Origin: Laetmonice hystrix
Taxonomy: Eukaryota
NCBI GenBank assembly: GCA_965235115.1
Contig: OZ249438.1
Coordinates: 40,920,001 to 40,984,000 of the forward strand
Length of the DNA: 64,000 nucleotides
Direction: 5' to 3'
The notes below the pieces were generated by a model. The model was given only the letters and a program-made list of their open reading frames with translations. It was not told the DNA's origin and made no database searches. Made by a program: the position numbers and the translations under genes. Shown here in pieces: positions 59,901-64,000 of the stretch. The stretch's first letter is position 1. The number at the start of each line of letters is the position of its first letter.

Positions 59901-62900
59901 ACGACAATTAAATATTGTCACCTGGTCGCTGGGACATCGCCCATGATTTTGCGAAAGGACAGTCGAATTAGCCTACTTTTGATTGCCGCCCAAATCACCA
60001 GATTCACATAAATAATCTAGGCCTATTATAAATTATATGAACTATTATGGAAGGAAATTAATACTTTTACCGCGATGATACCGCTAATGATATCGCTGCA
60101 ACATCGTCGAAATATCGGTCATATGTGAGATGGAAACGCTTGTCGCTTGAACATCCGCCCAATCGCCCAAAATAATCGGTCGAAGGTCGCTCCTGCGGTG
60201 GACACAATTTTCGCTTGAGCGTCGCTCATGAAAATAATATCGCCGATGCATGGCCGATCTATCAGCGATGAACCAAATCTTCGAGTGAGACCATCGTCCG
60301 GCCGTCGCCGGAAGTAAAAACAGTCCACACAGCAGTTTTCCCAGCTGATCTGTGTTGAAGGGTACCTGGCAAGGCCATCGTTAAACAACTCGTTGTTACG
60401 AGCTGAACGCTGACCAACCGACGTGGACCATCACGTGCGTTGACGTTCAACGACCGTCGGTTGCAGTAGTAGGCCTACACCTTATTTCATGATCATGTTT
60501 CGGCTTCGGGGTTCCCTTTTCCACGAAGCATTAAAAGGGTTCAGCTGTACGGACTTGTCCAAACGGTTTTATCAAAGAGGACTAACTGTTCAAGGTCGTA
60601 TAAGCATAAGTTCTGTGTGGCTTCAACCAGAGACACGCCATAGAGCAGAAGTCAATGTATAGGCCCCTATATGGGGTACGAAGTACCTAACATACCCCCT
60701 CCCCATTTACCCTGTCATCCTGGTTACGTGACGTGAACCTGATGGTCTCCAGTGAGGGTCGAGCGATAACACAGAGTAATGCCGCGTGTCGTATTCAATG
60801 CAGCGACAGCCTTTGATTGTGCCGCTCCCATGACCAACCCCTACCGACCTAACTGACCGCTGGTGGTGGAGGAAGTGGTCATTCCGGCAATACGACCAAT
60901 GTACGTGTTTCTCGGATAACAACCGTCTCTTCCCTCTCAGTCGGCGTCCATCAATAACGTTTGTCCCAGGTAGCCATGGTCATCAGGACACGTGACCATG
61001 GCACTGTATCATTGTGTCCTCAGGGAGATATCGAGGTTGTATCTTATGGGCCAGGGGATGAGACCAAATTGGGTCTTAACCCATAGGGTTGGGGGCGCGA
61101 AGGGCGCAGCCGCACCGGCCATTGAGGTCAATTTTCTGTTTCAAGTCCTCTTCTCTCTCTGCCTCTGTCTGTCTCTCTCTTTCTCTCGCTGTCTCTGTGT
61201 GTGTGGCCCTGAGGTCATTCGGACATTAACACGCTTGACATGCCTAGGCCAACCCGAAGCACATTAGATTTTTAGAATTAAATTTTAGTACAAAAACGTA
61301 GGGCCTATCTAGATGCGCATGAATGTCAACGACGTAAAATTGTTGTTTTATGTTGACAGATTCTGACGAAAGATTCGGTAACAGTGGCGGTGGACGCCGT
61401 CGTGTATTACCGAATAAACAATCCATTCGTGTCAGTTGTCAAAGTCGAGAACGCGTCGCACTCAACGCGTCTTCTCGCGCAGACGACTCTACGTAACATT
61501 CTCGGCACGAAAACCCTGAGCGAGATTCTCTCGGAGCGCGAGACCATCAGTGCCATGATGCAGGTGAGTGTTTGATTGATTCAAACCAGAGTCTGATTGA
61601 TTCAGACCAGAGTCTGATTGATTCAAACCAGAGTCTGATTGATTCCAACCACAGTCTGATTGATTCCAACCACAGTCTGATTGATTCCAACCAGAGTCTG
61701 ATTGATTCCAACCAGAGTCTGATTGATTCCAACCACAGTCTGATTGATTCCAACCAGAGTCTGATTGATTCCAACCAGAGTCTGATTGATTCCAACCAGA
61801 GTCTGATTGATTCAAACCAGAGTCTGATTGATTCAAACCACAGTCTGATTGATTCAAACCAGTCTGATTGATTCAAACCACAGTCTGATTGATTCAAACC
61901 ACAGTCTGATTGATTCCAACCAGAGTCTGATTGATTCAAACCAGAGTCTGATTGATTCAAACCAGAGTCTGATTGATTCAAACCAGAGTCTGATTGATTC
62001 AAACCAGAGTCTGATTGATTCAAACCAGAGTCTGATTGATTCAAACCACAGTCCGATTGATTCAAACCACAGTCTGATTGATTCAAACCACAGTCTGATT
62101 GATTCAAACCACAGTCTGATTGATTCAAACCACAGTCTCTCTCGGTAGAGTTATCTATTACAACCATTTGACGTCGGCCTGCATACGTCGTGAATGATGG
62201 GGGCCCATACATTTCTCGGCCGGCCAGACCATGATGTCCTGGGACGTCATCCATCAGGTCCTTGACGTCCTGGGCTCAGGCTATCGAATCAAGACGCATG
62301 CTGCGAGTTCCATCCAAACTGTTTCTCAGTATATTCAGTTTTAGCTTGTGCATGGCGTCGGGTGTAGTTTTACTGCGTGATCTCCCCATATAGGCATATC
62401 TCGCTCCCATTTCTGGTATAAACCACTGAATTGAGTATTTTCCTCTGAATTTGTGTTACACTTTATATTCGGCCTATACTACACGACACCCTTGCCGCGA
62501 AATCAATATAAGATAGAGTGGTAAGCTGTAAGAATATTCAAGGTTAACTCAAGGTCAACTAAAGATGGTGGGTGGCAATAATGAATTGGTGATGAATTGG
62601 TGAGCAACAAAACAAACGAAGGATAAAAATGTTGTAACATAATTGCCTTTATGTCGTTCCATTTCTGTCATGCTATTAATTCCAAGGTGTCGTTGTAAAT
62701 GAAATTGAAATCATTATCACAAGTAGCGTTTCCCTGTCTCGTCATAAAACATCATTAGGCCTCAGCATTGTTCGCTGCAGAGACCGATAAATGATACTCT
62801 GTGGTGCTTGGTGATAACAGAAATTGATAGATGCTGTCCATGGTACCCCGCCCAGCTTTATATTGTTGTAACTGTCAACCATGAGAGAACTAAAGTGTGT

Positions 62901-63666
62901 CGAGTTATATCAGTGAGTCAGAGAGAAACATTTCTTCAAGGGCAGGGAATTCTGACCTTTCCTCAGACATCGGTTGCTATGGCAGTCCTCAAAGGACCGC
63001 AGGTCTGTAGTAGTATATAGGCAGTGGTTGATTCCGTGTGTCATTTCTCTATGTATACAGGCTGTGCTTGACGAAGGGACGGACCCATGGGGCGTCAAGG
63101 TGGAGCGGGTCGAAATGTAAGTTTCCAAATTGAATTGTTCACTAAAGACATGCACAAATAGACGGATGTCCACGTAAGCACTTGGATTATCAAGAATTTT
63201 CTGGGTGTTTTTGGTGGGTATTTAATACTACTGCCAATTTACGGTACTGTCAGTGATATTAGGCCTACTTCCTGTTTAAATTCGACTCAAAATCTCGAAT
63301 GATCTTACGCTCAGATAAGGCAATGGTTTACGATAATGGGAATGACCGTTGGCCTAAATAATGCATTCAGACGTTGTGATTTGAAGTAACTTCTACAAAC
63401 CCCCAAACCTGTAAGCAGCGTTGTAAGCGAGTCATAGATTGAACGTCGCGGTACGACAGGAAGTACATACACATTACGTTTATACTGACGGTTCGCTTTC
63501 AGTAAGGACGTCCCACTTATAGATTGAACGTCGCGGTACGACAGGAAGTACATACATATTACGTTTATACTGACGGTTCGCTTTCAGTAAGGACGTCCGA
63601 CTTCCGGTTCAGTTACAAAGAGCCATGGCGGCCGAGGCGGAGGCGGCCCGGGACGCCCGGGCTAAG
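24322..63666 (+). CDS. STOM: Stomatin / band-7 family protein, paralogue 2, 3'-partial (229 codons in window); join(24322..24394,40070..40191,48817..48886,57184..57266,61360..61563,63061..63116,63588..63666), terminal exon beyond window
   Basis: Internal exon sizes and phases are the same as in paralogue 1, and all introns are GT-AG. Exon 5 differs from paralogue 1 at 12 of 68 residues. Exon 1 is inferred from ATG context and donor phase only. Confidence 0.93.
24649..24913. mobile_element. MITE (hAT-like CANTGGCGGATCC-type ends) with 5-bp TSD CTGAT
   Basis: The left end CACTGGCGGATCCAGG and the reverse complement of the right end (CAAAGGCAGACCCGAAG) form a degenerate TIR. CTGAT lies at 24644-24648 and 24914-24918. 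Internal poly-G tracts. Confidence 0.7.
25592..25689. repeat. (GA)n microsatellite
   Basis: Read directly from the sequence. Confidence 0.95.
26880..27280. repeat. Compound (GA)n/(GACA)n microsatellite with larger degenerate modules
   Basis: Read directly; source of the low-complexity ORFs at 26470-27347. Confidence 0.95.
28236..28760. repeat. Bipartite minisatellite: 40-bp units switching to ~57-bp units
   Basis: GGCGGCAGGTGGAGGACGGGAGGTCAATAGTCAGGCTCCA, then a variant with inserted GCTGGCCTGGAGCC. Confidence 0.94.
30246..30458. mobile_element. MITE with ~47-bp TIRs and TA TSD (Tc1/mariner-compatible)
   Basis: TAGTCTGTTCACTCTAAGTAGAGCTCGACCTCGGCCTCATTAAAGCT matches the reverse complement of the right end with 2 mismatches. 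TA flanks both sides (30244-45, 30459-60). Confidence 0.85.
30725..31068. mobile_element. MITE with TTAA TSD and AG..CT termini (Kolobok-like non-autonomous element)
   Basis: TTAA|AGGTGCTATTCGT ... ACGAATAGCACCT|TTAA; perfect 13-bp TIR; internal palindrome CTATCTCGGTGCGCACCGAGATAG near 30917-30940. Confidence 0.85.
31540..31734. other. Assembly gap (195 N)
   Basis: Run of N. Confidence 1.
32245..32798. repeat. Minisatellite, 38-40-bp unit, ~14 copies
   Basis: GTGTGAAATCATGGCCAGGCGTTGGCAGCTGACCGTCTCA. Confidence 0.95.
33291..33929. repeat. Minisatellite, 57-bp unit, ~11 copies
   Basis: ACTTCCCATCAAATGGTAGGCCCTGGCGGGAAATATCCTGCCTCAGAAAGATGTAGG. Confidence 0.96.
34333..34514. mobile_element. 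Probable MITE (GTTGACACACC TIR; PIF/Harbinger-like)
   Basis: GCTGTTGACACACC ... GGTGTGTCAACGGT; internal repeated GCGCATTG motifs; TSD not clean. Confidence 0.55.
34605..35300. repeat. Minisatellite, 39-bp unit, ~17 copies
   Basis: GTGTCAGTGTGGTACAGGCGCCACCGTGTCAGAGGGCCT; 13-aa periodicity. Confidence 0.96.
36898..38021. repeat. Minisatellite, 39-bp unit (some 38), ~29 copies
   Basis: GTGTCCTGGCTCTGGGGTGCCAGATGTTTGGGATACCAA. Confidence 0.97.
39090..39230. repeat. Two-copy ~71-bp tandem duplication, each copy carrying a CTCF-like motif
   Basis: GGTCGCC(G/A)CCAGAGGGCCTCCGTCAGATGAGG occurs twice. Confidence 0.85.
40070..40191 (+). CDS. STOM: Stomatin 2 exon 2 (PQPEHDSSDGDIGCFGALLKFISYIVIILTFPIAICLCIK)
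   Basis: gtttttcag| ... AAG|gtaagc; 122 nt, the same length as paralogue 1 exon 2; TFP hairpin. Confidence 0.95.
40390..44277 (+). repeat. 3.9-kb G/T-rich variant minisatellite built from GTGGGTGTG + (GGACTGTGGG / AGACTGTGGG / AGCA / ATCATGCA) modules
   Basis: Read directly; strongly G-skewed on the + strand. ORF pairs identical at a 477-bp offset indicate higher-order duplication. Confidence 0.97.
44893..44998. repeat. Short tandem repeat (Cn-TCGAGTGTCCTGAGGAG), 4 copies
   Basis: Read directly from the sequence. Confidence 0.9.
45804..46038. mobile_element. MITE with 33-bp TIRs
   Basis: GAAGGGTTGAGAACCAGAGTGGTCTAACCCACA versus right-end reverse complement GAAGGGCTGAGAGCCAGACTGGTCTAACCCACA (3 mismatches); AT-rich interior; no clear TSD. 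Confidence 0.8.
46690..47030. repeat. Tandem repeat, 84-bp unit, ~4 copies
   Basis: CATGGCCTGGTCCTGTACGCCGG...GGTTAACAGCATGAAAA; 28-aa periodicity. Confidence 0.95.
47066..48800. repeat. Dimeric minisatellite (~49 + ~42 bp subunits, ~91-bp period) running up to the stomatin 2 exon-3 acceptor
   Basis: GTTGATGGTATATGGATGCTGACAGCACTGGGTGGTGTTTAATGTACAA alternates with GTTGATGGTATGTAATGTACATCCTGGTGGTGTTTAATGTAT. Confidence 0.96.
48817..48886 (+). CDS. STOM: Stomatin 2 exon 3 (IVQEYERAIIFRLGRALHGARGP-G)
   Basis: gttttcag| ... CCAG|gtaaga; 70 nt. Confidence 0.97.
48909..50515. repeat. Minisatellite, 43-bp unit, ~37 copies, highly homogeneous
   Basis: ATGGGACATCATTCACCTCTAGGTTACATTAAACATTCAAATC; starts about 22 nt after the exon-3 donor. 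Confidence 0.98.
51209..51434. other. Assembly gap (226 N)
   Basis: Run of N. Confidence 1.
52110..52530. repeat. Minisatellite, 48-bp unit, ~9 copies
   Basis: CTAATTTATCGTTAACTCCCCCCTAGCCCAACCCGAACATTCACACGG. Confidence 0.96.
52668..53182. repeat. Minisatellite, 60-bp unit, ~8.5 copies
   Basis: GGACTACATGTCCTCCAGCACCAGTATGGTTTGTCTGAGGGTCCGCCATGGCTGCCCGAC. Confidence 0.96.
53326..54803. repeat. C-rich minisatellite, 63-bp unit, ~23 copies
   Basis: CACCCACCGGGGACAGTTTACTCGACCTGACCCTCACCCCACCCAGGGCCCCCGCTCGATCCA; source of the 514-aa ORF. Confidence 0.97.
54859..55047 (+). repeat. Dispersed ~190-bp repeat, copy A (copy B at 57396-57588), probably a transposon fragment
   Basis: TTCGTCTTCAAATATCG...GGCATCATCGCCTCAGAT occurs twice in direct orientation, about 2.5 kb apart, with a few substitutions and indels. 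Confidence 0.85.
56459..57036. repeat. Minisatellite, 48-bp unit, ~12 copies, with GATTGG-GTGAGTCAG-CCAATC core
   Basis: TCTAGGCGAGGATTGGGTGAGTCAGCCAATCTGTGGGAGTATTCTAAA; 16-aa periodicity. Confidence 0.96.
57184..57266 (+). CDS. STOM: Stomatin 2 exon 4 (LFFIIPCMDNFVKVDLRTVSFDVPPQE)
   Basis: cttccag| ... GAG|gtaagc; 83 nt. Confidence 0.97.
57396..57588 (+). repeat. Dispersed ~190-bp repeat, copy B
   Basis: Direct copy of 54859-55047. Confidence 0.85.
57641..57885. mobile_element. Two inverted copies of a ~75-bp self-palindromic mini-element (TAA flanks; PIF/Harbinger-like)
   Basis: Each of 57641-57715 and 57812-57885 has AGGCCTG(T/A)ACCCACTAGCGCGTTTT-type arms, and the second copy is the reverse complement of the first. 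TAA lies immediately outside both outer ends. Confidence 0.75.
58165..58425. mobile_element. MITE (hAT-like CAGGGGC(G)TAGG ends) with 5-bp TSD ACATA
   Basis: CAGGGGCTTAGGGA ... TTCCTACGCCCCTG; ACATA at 58160-58164 and 58426-58430; internal poly-C/poly-G tracts. Confidence 0.78.
58443..58615. mobile_element. Fold-back (almost fully palindromic) MITE with TTAA TSD, AG..CT termini
   Basis: Arms of about 85 bp, roughly 85% complementary by eye, around a 2-3 nt loop (CAGTTCCTATGCT-AC-AGCATAGGAACTG). TTAA at 58439-42 and 58616-19. Confidence 0.85.
59760..60470. mobile_element. CpG-rich region with internal inverted motifs, possibly a degenerate non-autonomous DNA element
   Basis: Dense CG dinucleotides; ATGGCCGACAT/ATGTCGGCCAT inverted pair near 59782-59865; related motif near 60241; ends and TSD not resolved. 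Confidence 0.25.
61360..61563 (+). CDS. STOM: Stomatin 2 exon 5 (ILTKDSVTVAVD...ISAMMQ)
   Basis: gttgacag| ... CAG|gtgagt; 204 nt. Confidence 0.98.
61570..62136. repeat. Minisatellite, 21-bp unit (TGATTGATTCAAACCAGAGTC), ~27 copies, starting just after the exon-5 donor
   Basis: Read directly; 7-aa periodicity. Confidence 0.97.
63061..63116 (+). CDS. STOM: Stomatin 2 exon 6 (AVLDEGTDPWGVKVERVE-I)
   Basis: gtatacag| ... GAAAT|gtaagt; 56 nt. Confidence 0.97.
63434..63603 (+). repeat. 85-bp tandem duplication spanning the branch point, acceptor and first 16 nt of stomatin 2 exon 7
   Basis: Copy 1 is 63434-63518 and copy 2 is 63519-63603; both contain TACTGAC...CGCTTTCAG|TAAGGACGTCC. Confidence 0.95.
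63588..63666 (+). CDS. STOM: Stomatin 2 exon 7 (KDVRLPVQLQRAMAAEAEAARDARAK)
   Basis: cgctttcag| ... AAG|gtaagt; 79 nt. The acceptor is duplicated 85 bp upstream (see findings). Confidence 0.96.
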
Positions 63667-64000
63667 GTAAGTACTTAAGGTGTATTTCCCCACCACGGCA
63701 CTGTATCTTGGCGTCTGTGTCATGCCCCTGGGTCCTATATACACTGGCTTCAAGTGGTCGGCGGCGGCACGCTACTGTGACCGTAAAGTACAAACTCCCC
63801 TGGGTTGGCCAATTTTGTTATAGCTGCCATAGCGACCAACCAAAATCTGCAGCATCAGCAAAAAAAGAAAAAAGAAAGAGGAGGAGTCTCCTTGGGGCCA
63901 TATGTAGTTCTGAATCAGGGGTATTTTCCATCCCAGTGGAAGTATTTCCACCGCGGTGATAATATTATGACCGCAGTGGAAATAGTTCTTGCGTTTTCAT

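Noticed and set aside
1109-62136. Array unit lengths clustering at multiples of the ~10.5-bp helical repeat (21, 31, 43, 53, 63, 84)
   Set aside because: About as many units do not fit (27, 37, 48, 57, 60, 69, 91), so there is no convincing signal in this sample.

Overview
This is eukaryotic (metazoan, probably invertebrate) genomic DNA containing two tandem, same-strand stomatin (band-7/SPFH, mec-2-like) paralogues. Gene 1 is complete: 8 coding exons at 53..16975, 304 aa. Gene 2 has 7 coding exons at 24322..63666, and its last exon lies beyond the window. Both have identical intron phases (1,0,1,0,0,2,0) and identical internal exon lengths (122/70/83/204/56/79 nt). About 40% of the window (rough sum of array spans) consists of about 27 minisatellite/microsatellite arrays with mutually unrelated units. 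There are also several short non-autonomous DNA-transposon (MITE) insertions and two N gaps. Almost all long ORFs in the supplied track are read-throughs of tandem repeats, not genes. The most notable observations are these. (1) Repeats have copied splice sites: about 55-60 copies of the gene 1 exon-2 donor, and an 85-bp duplication of the gene 2 exon-7 acceptor. In both cases use of the decoy site gives an immediate premature stop. (2) Some arrays multimerise transcription-factor-like motifs: CRE upstream of gene 2, and AP-1/CCAAT in intron 3. (3) A 3.9-kb G-quadruplex-prone array lies on the sense strand. (4) Two MITEs have 5-bp TSDs. (5) A near-perfect 180-bp fold-back element is present. 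(6) TAGGCCTA is about 20-fold over-represented. I found no prokaryote-type system, CRISPR array, RNA gene or autonomous transposon.
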